Shown here: piece by piece, positions 30,737 to 44,067 of the stretch
How positions within the stretch are numbered: the first letter of the stretch is position 1
How the letters are laid out: every line of letters starts with the position of its first letter
DNA from: Tetramitus jugosus
Taxonomy: Eukaryota; Protista; Heterolobosea
Direction of reading: 5' to 3'
Assembly (NCBI GenBank): GCA_937625935.1
Contig: OW569352.1
Span: forward strand, 1-64,000
Length of the DNA stretch: 64,000 nt
Notes under the pieces: generated by a model
Told to the model about the DNA's origin: nothing
Database searches by the model: none
The model's input: only the letters and a program-made list of their open reading frames with translations
Program-made: the position numbers and the translations under genes

Positions 30737-32056
30737 ATGCATACTCTGATAGCAGCAAATCAAGAAGAACTGATCAAGAGCATCATTCCTGGTACATCTG
30801 TTCTGCTTGGTGGTGGTGCGTCTTCTGCTGGTGAACTCTGGACAAGTGAAACTCTGGCAAAGCTGAAGCCCATTGGGTGTGAGATTCAGGTGTCCGCCAA
30901 AAAAGGAAGGAAGCTAAGAAAGGATGGCTATGCTGTGAGTGACCAAGATGTGACATGGCTGACATCTGAAGGTCAGAGGCACATTAAACAAGTTGCATGT
31001 GGCTCGTTGCACACAATCCTGTTGGAGTTCAATGGTAGATGTTGGGCACTCGGTGGTAATGGATATGGGCAGTTGGGATTGGGGCACAAATCAAAGGTAA
31101 AGTATCCAACGTTGATACGTGGTGGTATCCGAAACCAACACATTGAGTGCGTGCATGTCGGAGGATGGTTCTCTGCCTTCTTGAGTATAACAGGTCAAGT
31201 GTTCACCTGTGGTGAAATTAGTCGAATGTTTTGGAATAAGTCGACTCTGACTAAAGTGCCCAGGGCGTTCAAACCTGATGTTTCTGAGCGAAACACAACT
31301 CAATACTTACCAAAAGATGTGCCTATAAATGCGAACAACACATGTCGAATCTGCAAAATTGGTTGTGGCAATCAGTTTCTGCTCATGCAAGATGTATACA
31401 CCATGAATGTGTACCGATTGGGCAATTCTGATGTACGAAATTGTGACACAAAGGATCCATATCCCTCGCTCATGCACTACATTCACCCCGAGTCACTGGA
31501 GAGGAATCCCATTAATTTTCTATGTAAGAAAATTGATGCAGGAGGAGACTTTTCATTTCTCTTGGACTATCAAGGGAAGTTATTTGTTTCTGCAAAGATG
31601 GGAGACTACGTTCGTCAACAATATTTTTATAGCCAAAATGTGCATGTGATTGATGTCTGCTGCTCCTGGTTTCAATATATTGCTCTGGATGCCCATGGAT
31701 ATGCTCATGTGTGTGATCCTAATCGACCAGAGATAGTTCTAACTTTGCACACCTTAGGGCGGGTGAATCAAATAGGTTCCGGTCCCAGGCGCATGTACGC
31801 TCGGTCAGACAAGCGAGTGTACAAGATTCAAGAAATGTATGGGCAACACAATAAGGTCCCAACACTGTTAGAATTTGAATCAGACGTTGACCAAAATGAA
31901 AACACAATCATCAACATGACAGGTTCAAGTCAAACGACAATTATTCATCAAGCAATTACAAGGCGCTCAACACTAACGCTCAACATCAATCTGTTGCGTC
32001 TGAAGCAACTTCTGTGCGATGCTACTGTAATCTGCAACATTTACGAAGAATCTTAA
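30737..32056 (+). CDS. RCC1 repeat protein
   Basis: VACGSLHTILL..GGNGYGQLGLG, VGGWFSAFL, AGGDFSFLL. Likely ATG at 30737. Confidence 0.85.
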   Translation: MHTLIAANQEELIKSIIPGTSVLLGGGASSAGELWTSETLAKLKPIGCEIQVSAKKGRKLRKDGYAVSDQDVTWLTSEGQRHIKQVACGSLHTILLEFNGRCWALGGNGYGQLGLGHKSKVKYPTLIRGGIRNQHIECVHVGGWFSAFLSITGQVFTCGEISRMFWNKSTLTKVPRAFKPDVSERNTTQYLPKDVPINANNTCRICKIGCGNQFLLMQDVYTMNVYRLGNSDVRNCDTKDPYPSLMHYIHPESLERNPINFLCKKIDAGGDFSFLLDYQGKLFVSAKMGDYVRQQYFYSQNVHVIDVCCSWFQYIALDAHGYAHVCDPNRPEIVLTLHTLGRVNQIGSGPRRMYARSDKRVYKIQEMYGQHNKVPTLLEFESDVDQNENTIINMTGSSQTTIIHQAITRRSTLTLNINLLRLKQLLCDATVICNIYEES

Positions 32057-32118
32057 AACCGAGTGTTCGGCGCCATTTGGAATACACCACGTCTGTTGCG
32101 TTTCCTTGGCGGAAAGAT

Positions 32119-34480
32119 TCAATCCAACAAAAGAGACATATCAACAATACTCAAGTCCAAATCACCAATGGAGGAAGATGAGGTAGGTGATGTCTTTGGA
32201 TGTTTCTTCGTCAATCCATTGCTACTCATCTGCTCTATCTTAGTAGAGGGAGCTGCTTTCAAAGTCGATTTGCTCCTTGGAATTGTAGATGATGAGCTAG
32301 AAGAAATTGTGGAACGAGGAACGGGTGGTGTTTTCGACCTTGTCGGTTCTTCAGGTGACACACTCGAACCTCTCTTCATGTTGTCACGAATGAGTTCTGC
32401 GAGACGACCTGTTAGGACTTGATCAAGTTTATACATCTGAGCAAAGTTGCTTGCGAGAATATCCGGATCATCTCCTTCATGTATGCTGATTCTTCCAGTT
32501 TTCCCAGGACCCATGTTAACGTCCATAAATAGCAGTGGTTTGGATTTGTGTTTCTCTCGATCTAGCTGAAAATTAAAGGGTTTGAATTCAGTTGTTTTGG
32601 ATTTAGATATCTTCTTATCAACTTTCAGACCCTCTCTTAGGGATCTATGATAATCAAACTTCTCAGTCTCATTAACTTTTCTCATTTTTGTAATGTGCTC
32701 TTGGTAACCTCTCGGTGTTTGTTTGATATCGACCGATGAGTCAACTGAACTGGATCCAGTGTCACGCGATTGTTCCTTCTCCACAGCATCAGATATTGGT
32801 TGGGATTTCTTCTTTTCCAAAAACTTGTCGTATTTCTTCGTATGAACTCTCATCGGTTTGAAAGTGCATTCTTCTAACTCCTTCTCTTGGTGAGATCTCA
32901 CGTCGACTACTGTATACTTCTTGGGAACCTTATTCTGCTTGTAAAGAAATTCAAAATGAGATTCACTGTCTGACTTCTTCCTTCTGTCGCGAGTTTTAGA
33001 CTTAATAATCTTGGGCTGAAATGTACACTCTTTCATATCCTTTTGAATTCTTTGCATTCTCTCTATCTCCTTTCGTTTGTTTATTTCCTTTTGTCTCTGA
33101 AGTAGTTGCTCGTATCTCGGTGTGTGCGTGATTGAATTATGGTTGTCCATGGATAGATTCATAGAATTCTCGGTCCAAGCATCCATCTTGTTCTGAATCG
33201 AGGAAATCATGGATGATCCGCTGACAATATCACTGCTGGAGTTGTCCAACTGTCCAACTGTTTGAGAAACACTAAGTTCATCTACCGGTTGCGAAGTTGA
33301 TCTCCCTAATGCCAGATAAGGCTTTGATTGCTCAATCTGAATTGAATTATCGTTAATCTTTGGTTTGAATGTTAGTTCTTTGTCTCGTAGTTTCATTGCA
33401 TCCTCTCTGTTCTTCACATTATTTTCAGTTTTGCAATAAGCAAGTCGATTAATATGAAGTTGTTTGATTTCGTCCGCCAATTCGGTCAATAGCTGATTCC
33501 GCTCGTTTTCATCTGCAATTGCAGATGGGTCCATTATCACTAGTACTATCTTCTTAAATGAATCAAATTCGATTGATCCCTCCTCTTGAGGATCAACAAT
33601 CTTCCATAATTTTTCATGGATCCTTACTTCTTGTTCGGTTCTTCTCTGTACTTGTGAATCACCTGACACAAACAACCCCAGTTTTTTCATTGCTTCTCCG
33701 AACTGCTTGTAATTTATATGTCCTTTAGCTTGATTATCGACTTGTTGAAACACTAGCCCTATTAATTTATCGAGTTTCGATTTGTAGTAAGTTTTCGTTA
33801 TGGTTGAGACCTTGGGTTGCATCATCATCTTTTCGTGCTTTTCCAATTGTTCCATCACTTTTTTTCGCCTCGCTTCCATTTCCAGAGCACCACTATACAG
33901 TCTCTCGCTTACACTACCCTCTCGAGGTTTGTTTGAAGAATTTAAAATTGTAGGTTGAAATGTGAGCTCCTGTCCCAAAGATTTACCACTCTCCAAACTC
34001 ATAGATTTAGATAATTTAAACAAACGTTCATGAATAGGTTCTTCTCCTCTCTCTAACTGCTTGGAATAGGAGGATATAGAAGGAGCAAAGGTTGCCTCCT
34101 CTTTTTCCTTTCTTTGCTTCAGTTCTTCAAAAGTTTGATAGAATTCTTTTCGTTTCAGTATTTGTTCGTCGACAGTTTCATGGAATGATTGTCGGTTTGT
34201 GTCTTTGAAGTTGTATTGGGTGATTTCTGGCCTAAAAGTCAACTTGACTTGCTTTTCCTGCAGTTGGTCCCTCATTTTCTGAAGCTTTCTCTCCCTTTCT
34301 TCCAATATTGCTTTAGTTCTCAATTCTACTGGCAAATCCTGTTCCACCTTTCTCGCCTTCTCAACAAGAATATTCAGATGAGCATCAACAATCAATCAAT
34401 AGAGCAAAACTGGATAGACTTACGAATGGCGTGATTTGAGGAGTGAATGTGCATTCTAAAAGTTCATTTCGTTTCTGCAT
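32119..34480 (-). CDS. Coiled-coil protein with ExTFxP repeats and an EF-hand-like region
   Basis: Repeated E(C/L)TF(K/Q)P motifs. An upstream exon at 34480-34424 (MQKRNELLECTFTPQITPF) ends at a gtaagt donor; the acceptor is uncertain (34360-34339). Confidence 0.75.
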
Positions 34481-35535
34481 TTTCTGATTGGAAAACCCGA
34501 GTTTTCTTCTGCTGAAGACGTTACTTTTGTGAGCAAGGAATCATGGCACCATTGTACACTAATTTTGGCGGCAAAATAGATATTCTGAACTATCCTTGGC
34601 ATAAACGACAGTGTCACCACTCTAGCAATTATTTTGAAACAGTTCCATGAAGCTGCTCAGCTCTCGGTTGCCGGTCACCCTAATACGCTTAATGCTGTTG
34701 CAACTCACTTCGGGTTTGACACCAACCTTGTTGAATTTGCTCGACGAGGATTAAGACATAAATTTGCACCAGTATTTTTCAGACACCTATTACGAGTTTG
34801 GTGGTGTGCTCTTGGTGAACAATCTGTGGCTCAGCAAGAGAGTTCTCAAGGGCACAGATGAACCAATTTGGTCTCTGAAAGTTGTAATCAGCCCTCAAGA
34901 AGCCCCATAAGGGTGTCAAGAAATTCGAGGCGAGCAAGAGATTACCATCCATCTGCAGGGTCGTTTCAATCAGAGAGTAGGACCCAGCTGTCTGTCGGAA
35001 TTGTTTTCTTTTTCTATCTCAGAGTTCGATGTTCGATCTATACTCTCCATGGCCTACGAACCAATCAACATTTACTGGTCATTTTGAATTGATTCTCCAT
35101 CGACACTCATCACTCTCGGACAACCAATCGAGAATATGGTGGTGTGGTAGAGTTCAATCTCTACTCTGCCCAGTGATCAACTTGACTGGTTCAATTCACA
35201 GTAGAACCTCAAGTATATTCATAGCACAGTGATCCAAGGTTTAAAAGATCAATACTCGGGTTGAAAAACAAGATAGTCAATGAAGAGGTGCAATCGATGG
35301 AAATGATAGTTTATGATACTGGTCGATTCCCTTATCGACCAGAGAGAATAGTGACAGCAGGAAATGAACCAAGAGAACAAGATGCTAGATGCCAATGACG
35401 AATTGTTTTCATTCAAGGTGTCTGGAACCTTTGCAAAGGTCAACAACGACCAAACTAAACCAGACAATAATGGGAACTAAGCATTGAGATAAAAGTGCCT
35501 TGAGAACCACATTCTTGGATGTGGTACAATACAAC

Positions 35536-38500
35536 TTATTTTTCCTCTTTTTTATGTGATTCACTTGATGATGGCAATTCGACTACAGTTGGAAGGGTTC
35601 TGGAGCTGGCAGGTCCTGAGAAATCGTTCCAATCAGCAGGATCGACGGTTGATATGGAATCACTCTCGGTCTCAATATCTTGATGAGAAGGAATATCCTC
35701 GAAGTGAATGCTTCTATTGGGAAAGGTAAAGGATAACAGCGAACCTGTAGAGGGCGGCTCTGACCTTATTCTGTCTTGAAGTGAAGATCGTCTAAGTGGT
35801 GTGCGAGTTTCGACCTTAGGCCAATGGTTTGGGTTCCAGGAGTATCTTCTCCTTACAGCAGGAGTTTGCAACCATTGTTGGAAAGTGGCTTCGCTCAGAT
35901 TTCCCCTAGTAGCGGCCGCTAGTGTGAAGATTGATGGTGAAAGAGTGCTCCTCAAATTGGAGCGGGGAGATGGCTTAGGAGTGCTTTGTTTGATCAGATC
36001 TTCATAATCGGCTAAATCTCTCTCATATTGTATCGATGCCCTTCTAAGCTTGTGAACCCATTGTTCATGTTGATCATCTGTCCCGTTATTGCCATGCTCA
36101 ACGGACGTTGTCAATGATAGTAGATCTGGATCGCTCTTTAATCTATTAAACTCCTCGTCGGTAATCTTTCGCTGTTCGAGCTTTAAGAGTGTGTCAAACT
36201 CTTTACTTGCTCTGAAGATAGAAGGATCTGTATCTGCAATAATTCTTGCATAGTTGACTGATTCATTCATTGTGGATTCTTGAATCAGTCGGACTGCCCT
36301 CTGTTGTTCCTCAATCTCCTTCATGAGTCGATCTGAATCCTCTTGTTCAATCTGAAAAGAATTCAGAGCCGAATAGGTCACTTCAAATTTCATCATTGAA
36401 TCCAGTGCTTGTAGTAATGAAAGCTCCTCAGTTCTCAATTTTCTCAAACAAAGCTTCTGTAATGCTACATCCAACTTTTTCCACGTGGAACACTTATTTC
36501 CGACAATATTCTTTACTGCATCAAGTGCGTGGTCAACTCCTATACTGAATACATTGTAGGCGAAATCGATCTTTCTTAAATGGACAGCTTCAGCACTTCT
36601 AATCTCCTGTTGACGATGTATCTCGTATCGAAGTACTTTCAACAGTGATATCACCTTAGAGAACTTTCTCTCACTCAAATACTCATTTGTTTGATCAATC
36701 CAAAAACGTATATTTTCTTCCTGCAATAATCTTTGGATGTAGTACAGGAAGCGGTCATCTTGAGCAGAAACGTTCAAAAGGTAATAATTTTCATCCCTAG
36801 GATTCTTCTGGATTAGTCCATGAGCCTCGAATAGATCGAACAGAAAACTATCCTCAAACATTGAAGGGACGGGTACACCGTTTGTTTGCGTTCCTATCTC
36901 AATATCACGAGAGCTCTGAGAAAATAGAGGACGACTAATGTCATGCCCTCTCTGAACCAAGTAATCGCGAATCTTGTCAAATGTCGATTTGATCTCTTGT
37001 GACGCTTCGGAACAACGATCCATCCCTAACCGAGTGAGATGTTTTCTCCAGGCTAGTTGAATTTCTTCACACACATCCTTTTTCTCTTCAACAAGAGAAG
37101 ATAATCCCTCAGTATTAATGTACTCTATGTTATAGGCAGTGATCTCGTCGTTTAATTCTTCAATCTCATCTAGTAGACTCCACATGATTTTTTCCTCTAT
37201 CATTGTATTCACTTCTTCAAATTCCTCTCTCTCCTCATTATAAACGTCCATATCCTTATAGCTCGTCGATTCAAGATATAAAGAGTGTCTCAAAGCATTC
37301 TCTATCTCCTTTTCTTCAATCTTCAACTTGACCCCTTCTGCTTGAAGACCCTCGGATATCTTCCTTGGAGAAACTACATCCTTCTTAATAAACAGCAAGT
37401 TCATGAGAGGTCTGATGGAAGATCCCTGCAAGAAGATACTAACACAACATACAACAATAGTTGTTGTTACGAGTGTATTCTTCTTCTCCAGCGGAAAGTT
37501 AATTGACACGGGCATCAACAACGCCAAAACAAATGAGATACTCCTGAGACCAGAATAGGATAAAATACATTGTTCTCTCCATGAAGTAGTACTTTTGTTC
37601 ATTGCTTTTCGAATCCAGTTATAGACCAGAGATATGGAGAATGTCACAATGAATCTGAATGAAAAAACCGAAACGAGTGTCACGGCGATAAAACCCACAT
37701 CCCAAACATGAGTGTGCAATATGATAAATATTCCCATGTAGGTGAATATTAGATCCTCAGATACTGACCCCATAGTCTTTAAAGTGTACTTCAAGGCCGT
37801 ATGAGACTTTTTACAAATGTTAAACTCCACATATCGGTTCATGAAAATGGCACAAAACAAGAGGGACATGACTCCTCCACCAATGAGAGTATTGTCAACA
37901 TAGTATGAAGCGAAACAGAATACAAGTACGATGAGAGGCTCAAACATAGGTAGTTCAACTGTGAAGCGAGTGGCAATCGATCCAAGACACCCAAAAAGTA
38001 CACCTATGATAACACCTATGATAGATAAATAGCACAATTTCCCGAGAGACGAGAAGATGTAGCTTATTGTTGAATGAACTGCTTCAGGGTTCATCGAAGA
38101 TAGAATGTTGTATAGAACAATAGAAACAGAATCACAGAGCACTGATTCTCCAATGGCCAGCATGTACAACATTTCATTCATGCCCATTTCGTCAAATAGG
38201 GAGAGAACCGCAACAGGATCGACTGCACTAATCATTGATCCAAACAACATACAGTCTAGAAAACTGAATGAATATCTAAAAGCGCCGGCTTTTCCAATCC
38301 AAAATGTTGTCACACTGATTGCTATTACATTCAGTAAGGTTCCAACACAAGCATACAGTAAAATAAGGGTCAAATGCTTTGTGAAAAAACTTTTGTCAAG
38401 GAAGTATCCAGATTCCAAAATGAGTGGAGGGATAAGTAATAGCTAACAAATCGATCAACAATCAATGAAAGTATTGTTAGTAAATACCATGTGACAGTGA

Positions 38501-38786
38501 AAATTCATTACTAGATCTAACTACATACAAACACGAATTCTTCGTCAATTGACAACAAGATATTGTGCTTTTCCCAATTGGCCACATGTTGAAAAATTCG
38601 AATCACTCCTCCGATCACTACTCCAAGAAGAATGATGAGTCCACTCTCTGGAATCCATCTGGCCCAGGTATACTTTCGGAGTTCGATATTCGATAGGGCA
38701 ATCTTGAAGAGACTAGTGATCCCAACGAGAATTATTACTGTACTAAGTATTTGAGAGACGCTGAACTTTTCTATTGCACTCTCCAT
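35536..38786 (-). CDS. Na+/H+ exchanger (CPA1/NHE family), join complement(38529..38786,35536..38442)
   Basis: IPESGLIILLG, LLIPPLILESGY, FGSMISAVDPVAVL, GESVLCDSVSIVLY, YSGLR. Intron at 38443-38528. Confidence 0.92.
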
Positions 38787-38992
38787 CGCTTCCTCACGTT
38801 GTTGATCTCAAGTCTTTTTTGTTGTGAAATCTTGATGTGTTGTATTCTCGACCTGGTTGACCGTTCTGCACACATTAAGTGCTTGCTTCACTAAAAATAG
38901 GATATTTTGACAAGGAGCGGACAAACACATCCAAACAGAAACCGACAAAACACAATTCACAAACAAACGATTCGCAACACACCACCGAAACA

Positions 38993-39445
38993 ATGTCCAC
39001 TGACACAACATCTCTCATCCGACAAATCCTAGAAGATCTTGACCCTGCAACTTTTGCCGAAACTCAACAACAGGATGTTCCACTTGAGCTCGTGCCTCAA
39101 ATTCTAGAGTACATTGGCTTGGATTCTGAAATTTTTTTGACACGGTTCGAATCCACGTTTTGTTTGGACCGATGCAGTGCCAATGTATCCATTGATGATA
39201 TCACAAGATTGATTCAAGTATTTCAGAGAGAACAAGCATCCTATGATCAATTGAAAACAAAATTGCTGACCTATTCGAATGATCATGCCACCATTTCGGC
39301 TGAACTCGCTCAGAAAATCATTACGACCAACACGATTCAGTTGGCGAGTGAAGAAGTGGATGAATTGATGAATGATTTGGATCCGAATGGAACTGGTCAA
39401 GTTGATATTGATTCGTTTGTTGGACTGTTGTTGATTCATCAATAG
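38993..39445 (+). CDS. Divergent calmodulin/centrin-like EF-hand protein
   Basis: 150 aa with C-terminal EEVDELMNDLDPNGTGQVDIDSF. Confidence 0.75.
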   Translation: MSTDTTSLIRQILEDLDPATFAETQQQDVPLELVPQILEYIGLDSEIFLTRFESTFCLDRCSANVSIDDITRLIQVFQREQASYDQLKTKLLTYSNDHATISAELAQKIITTNTIQLASEEVDELMNDLDPNGTGQVDIDSFVGLLLIHQ

Positions 39446-39539
39446 TCATGAGAATATAATAGGATGGATATTCCTAATGTACATTGCCAAATTATATCAT
39501 TGATCAATATTGTGAAAATTTCTTTCTCTGTGCATGTAG

Positions 39540-40655
39540 CTAGGTAGCAAACGATACAATGACCACAGTGATTTCAAGGACTGACAATAGGACATTCAGT
39601 GCAAAGAATGTCATATTTCCATAAAATAAAAGCTTATTTGTCTGTGCACAATCTCCAATATTGATGACAAAGGAGAGAGTGGAGAGAGAGAACAATCTAG
39701 AGAAAACCCAAAATGTAACAGCGGCAATCTTGAGCAACTTTAACGCTCGTAATGATAGAGATGTCGTAAAGCCTGGGAGTTTCAGAGGCAGGTAATACAC
39801 ACGTTCTTCGTCACTATGAAAATCATTGCTCGCTAACATATTACTACCTTCGAGAAGAGCTCTATCCGAAGAGGGGGATACCTGACGATTGATGAAATAA
39901 TCTACAGCAAACCGATGAATAGTCTTACAAAGAACAAGTGTCATTTGCAGTATTCCAACACACAGTGTGGAGAGAAATAACCGAGAGAGACCACTCCTGT
40001 TGCACTGTTGCCTGTTCCATTGAACTCCCAATACTATAGACTGAAAAACCAGAATCGCTAGAATTGAGAGTAGAATTATCGAATGAATGAGCTTGGATGA
40101 GTTCCAGTATCGTATCTGGAATAAATTTGCAATTAAAAACGGTCTCTTATGCTCCACAACTGTTTCCTTCACTTGTACCTTTCCATAGAAACTCACTACA
40201 TTGATACAGAGTTAGTGATACAAGTCTCCTCACATTTAAATTCGAAGGAAGCTCGTACCTGACTTCAAACTTGATCCTGACGTAAGACTCTGATCCGAAG
40301 GAGATTCAAAATCTCTGCTCTTCAAAATACTCTTTTGAGATGCTGAACGAGGCAGAGAAGAAGAATCAAAGAAGGAATGTTGTGAATGAGTCTTTCGAAT
40401 GGTGGAATAATAACTCTCATGTTCAGACTCTTCAAGATTGTTCATTGAAGATACATGCCGGATGGGATGATGAAAGCCATTGTGAGACACGGTTGTGTTT
40501 ACACTTAACCGAGCTTTTCCAGACTTGCGGTGGAGATCAAGAGATCGCTTCAAGAAATCAACTGAAGTGAGCAGTGAAGAGTTGAAATGACCTGCTTCCA
40601 TATCAACTTCCTCCATCTTCATCATTCTGAAGTGCTTCTCTTCCTGGTCATCCAT
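39540..40655 (-). CDS. Hypothetical four-TM membrane protein, join complement(40259..40655,39540..40195)
   Basis: Two ORFs joined in frame by a gtacga..tag intron at 40196-40258. Four hydrophobic segments. Confidence 0.7.
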
Positions 40656-41088
40656 TTATGTGTATCCTTGCGAGAGAGAACAACTTCAAACCTGACCGCG
40701 GTTATTTCTATTGTTCCCGTAAATGGTTCTCAGAGACAGCTCCAACATCTTTCAATTTTCAACTTCTCCGAGCAGACCGTTGCTTGTAATGGATGCCGCG
40801 CGCTTACTGGCTTTGAGTTTTTTGGGTCAGTCGCTCCAAATTAGTTAATTTACTCCGGTCTGTCATCGGGACACATGAAAACTCCATTGTTGTGAAGTGA
40901 CAGCCGGCCGTCAAAAAGGCATGTGGTCTGTGAGGTCGGTTGTTGGTTATCACATAGCTTGCAATGGCTGTTGTGAGGTGGGTTCTTTGCTTGTTTTTTT
41001 TGTTTTCTTCAAATCAAAAACAAACAACATCAACACAAGCGATTTTCTAACACAGAACAGCCATCAATTGAGCACACACTCCACAAGT

Positions 41089-41993
41089 ATGAGCAAGAAT
41101 CAACAAACCGAACAAGGCAAAGAAGTATTCCTTCAAAGTGACAGCAACTCTATCACTCTCGACAAATTCACAAGGTAAACAAAAACTACAACAACTACAA
41201 CTGACATCTACTATTGCACATCATTGACGGTTGCGAGGCGGTTGAGTGACTGACCGGTCAAGAGGCGCTCCAACTCGTCACTTATCTCAAAATTTGATGA
41301 TACATTTATTATTCATTCATTGAAGAACAACAATGCTTACACTCTCTCTATTTTACTACTATTGCTATCTTATCATTACATCTCCATCTCTGATTTTGGA
41401 CATGTATGAACGAATGATATCACAATCATAATTACAACAACAACAATCTTCATCATCATCGATATCATTGTAAAATTAGAAAGGAAATCATTTCGCTCGT
41501 CAACACAAGGCCCATTCCGCCACCTGCTGACAACAAGACTGAGAACAAGTTGCCAGGTCTTCAATTGCCACATTGTAATTTGAGTGGACTCGATTTGAGA
41601 CATTTGCCCTTCCCAAATGTCAATTTCACTGGAAGCAACATGGAACAGACGCGATTGGATCACTGCCACATAGACAGTGGTATTTTTGAGTGTGCAAACT
41701 TGAAGGGAGCTAGTCTGAGGCACGCTGATTTGAAGAAGGCGAATTTGAAGATGGCTGATTTGAGAAATGCTGATTTGACTGGTGCTGATTTGAAGTTTGT
41801 CAGCTTGCAAGGTGCGCGACTCGACGGTTGCATCCTCAATAATGTCAATTTACAGTTTGCCAATCTTGGCGGTTGTAATTTCCGCGACGCTGTCACCGAT
41901 GGCGCCAATATGCAAAATGTTTACGGTTTGGAAGAAAAGATAGAGCGAAGCAATGGTAGTGCATCTACTCCAAGCACTCACTCTGTCCTATAA
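41089..41993 (+). CDS. Pentapeptide-repeat protein (KCTD9 C-terminal-like, no BTB), join(41089..41174,41480..41993)
   Basis: A(D/N)Lxx repeats. A gtaaac..tag intron at 41175-41479 restores FTRKEIISL..LQLPHCNLSGLDL. Confidence 0.8.
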
Positions 41994-42164
41994 ATTCAGC
42001 AGCTAGCTTTCTCGTTTTCTTTTTCAACACTCCATGTAGACCGTTCAAACGTCGTTGGACGAACCTTCCCATACGAACCCGCAAAAACATCCGCAATTCT
42101 TGGTTCGTCCAAGAGCCCCGTTCCAACAACAATAAACAGAACAACAACGACAACAATTACAACA

Positions 42165-43856
42165 ATGAGTGATATCAGCATTATGCATCGACATACGCGA
42201 GATCTCCACTCTCAGCACTCGCAACAACAACAACAACATCAGCAACAACAATCATCATCCATCAACAACAACAATAGATCATTATCCAACAACAACAGCA
42301 GCAGTGCTCAACACAGTATCACAACCAAAAAAAGAACAAAGCTCTACCTGCAATTCAAGCATGTGACTTGGGTCGGTTTCGGTATTGCACTTGTTCTCTC
42401 ATTGTACTATCGAGTATTGTCCGTTGAAGCAATGATGGTGTTTCCTGATTTGAAACGAAGATTCTTGTTCTTTGGTGTGAGAACATTGTTGTGTTTGATT
42501 GGAATATGGATGAACTATCTATCGTTTAAGCACTATTTTCAACCAACTGATTATTCAACAGAGAGTTGGTATTATGGACAAGAGTGGATCATTCGATTGT
42601 TTCTCTATTATGCTTCGGTTGTCAATTTGATTCAATATGTGGCTGATATGACTGGATATTTACCAAGGTATACTTGGTTTACAAAATTGGTGACGCAACC
42701 TTATTCTGTGTTGACAATGACAACCATCATGTTTGTCTTGATTGCATTACCGTTGATTCATGTGATTTTGCACTGGATTCTCTCTATTGATCACTTACCG
42801 ACGAGTCACAAGGTGAAAAAGCTATCGTTTCACATTTTGTTTATCATTGCAATGATGGGACTGTATCATACGACTCATCCGAGTGATCCTAATCGATTAT
42901 ATGCCAATGTGTACAATGATAAGCAATTGTTAACATTGCATCATCCTCTGTCGATTGACCAGAGCGCTGAAATCAAGGTTATCCAGTTGAGCGATATTCA
43001 TCTCGGTGGTCATATGAGTGTGAATCAGTTGCATCAAATTGCACAAATGGTAGCGCAGAAGCATGATGACGAAATGAAGAGAGATCCAAATTCAAATGTG
43101 TTCATCTTGTTTACTGGCGATTTTTATACATTTCATTCACATATGGAGATTGAAGGACTGAAAGAAGGATTGGCACCATTGCGTCGTCTCAAGGGCAAGA
43201 CGTTTGCCTGTTTAGGAAATCATGATCATGAAGTGTTGGATTATGTAATCTCGCAACTGGACGATCTCGGAATTCAACTACTGATCGACCAGAGTGTTTC
43301 TGTACCATTGAACAGTGACCATCAACAATTTGTTGAGATTGTTGGTTTCGATTTTGTTCAATCATTCAATGATCCTGGTCAACAAATTCAACAGCTCTTC
43401 CACAACAAATTGTACCGCAAGATGGATGAGGAATATGCTCAGAGACACGTAGCTAGACTTGTATTGCTCCATAATCCAGCCTATTTCCAGTACATACCGT
43501 ACAAGAATGTTCAGCACAATATTCCTACGTTTGTGTTCTCTGGTCACTTGCATTCTGGTCAGTTCTCATTGCGATCCTTTGTTGGTGAATCATGGAGAGC
43601 AAAGTTCCCTGCTACAATTGTTAGTTTAACAACTGGCTGGCCTGATCATGGCTGGTTCTGCTTCCATACAAAGAGCAAAACCACTACAAGTCCAGTTGTC
43701 ACACGAGCGACACCCTACAAGTCTGACTTGTGTGAACCAAACATGTTGCTGTATGCACACGGTGGTACAGGATTCTATGGACTTCCTCTTCGGATTGGCA
43801 CAGAGAATGAGCTGCCTTGGGTCATGAACTTGCACATACAATCACACCAACATTGA
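42165..43856 (+). CDS. Membrane-anchored calcineurin-like metallophosphoesterase (TMPPE/YkuE-like)
   Basis: N-terminal TM segments, then SDIHLG, TGDF, GNHD, LLHNP and SGHLH. Confidence 0.88.
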   Translation: MSDISIMHRHTRDLHSQHSQQQQQHQQQQSSSINNNNRSLSNNNSSSAQHSITTKKRTKLYLQFKHVTWVGFGIALVLSLYYRVLSVEAMMVFPDLKRRFLFFGVRTLLCLIGIWMNYLSFKHYFQPTDYSTESWYYGQEWIIRLFLYYASVVNLIQYVADMTGYLPRYTWFTKLVTQPYSVLTMTTIMFVLIALPLIHVILHWILSIDHLPTSHKVKKLSFHILFIIAMMGLYHTTHPSDPNRLYANVYNDKQLLTLHHPLSIDQSAEIKVIQLSDIHLGGHMSVNQLHQIAQMVAQKHDDEMKRDPNSNVFILFTGDFYTFHSHMEIEGLKEGLAPLRRLKGKTFACLGNHDHEVLDYVISQLDDLGIQLLIDQSVSVPLNSDHQQFVEIVGFDFVQSFNDPGQQIQQLFHNKLYRKMDEEYAQRHVARLVLLHNPAYFQYIPYKNVQHNIPTFVFSGHLHSGQFSLRSFVGESWRAKFPATIVSLTTGWPDHGWFCFHTKSKTTTSPVVTRATPYKSDLCEPNMLLYAHGGTGFYGLPLRIGTENELPWVMNLHIQSHQH

Positions 43857-44067
43857 AACTAATAAAAAAATTCGCGACATGTCCTGTTTTTTTGTAAATT
43901 TGATTTGACACGTTCTGCTCCGCCCAAAAGAAAGCTGTTCACGAGATTTGGGTGTCTTCTCATCTTTACGAACAACAAAGAACACACACCCGATCGATTT
44001 TTTTTCACAACGACACAGTGATCACTGTTCAGTTCACTCTCAACAACTAACCAACTGACTGACTGCC

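Noticed and set aside
34560-35500. Short ORFs between the ExTFxP-repeat gene and NHE
   Set aside because: No recognisable motifs or consistent splice model. May be decayed genes.
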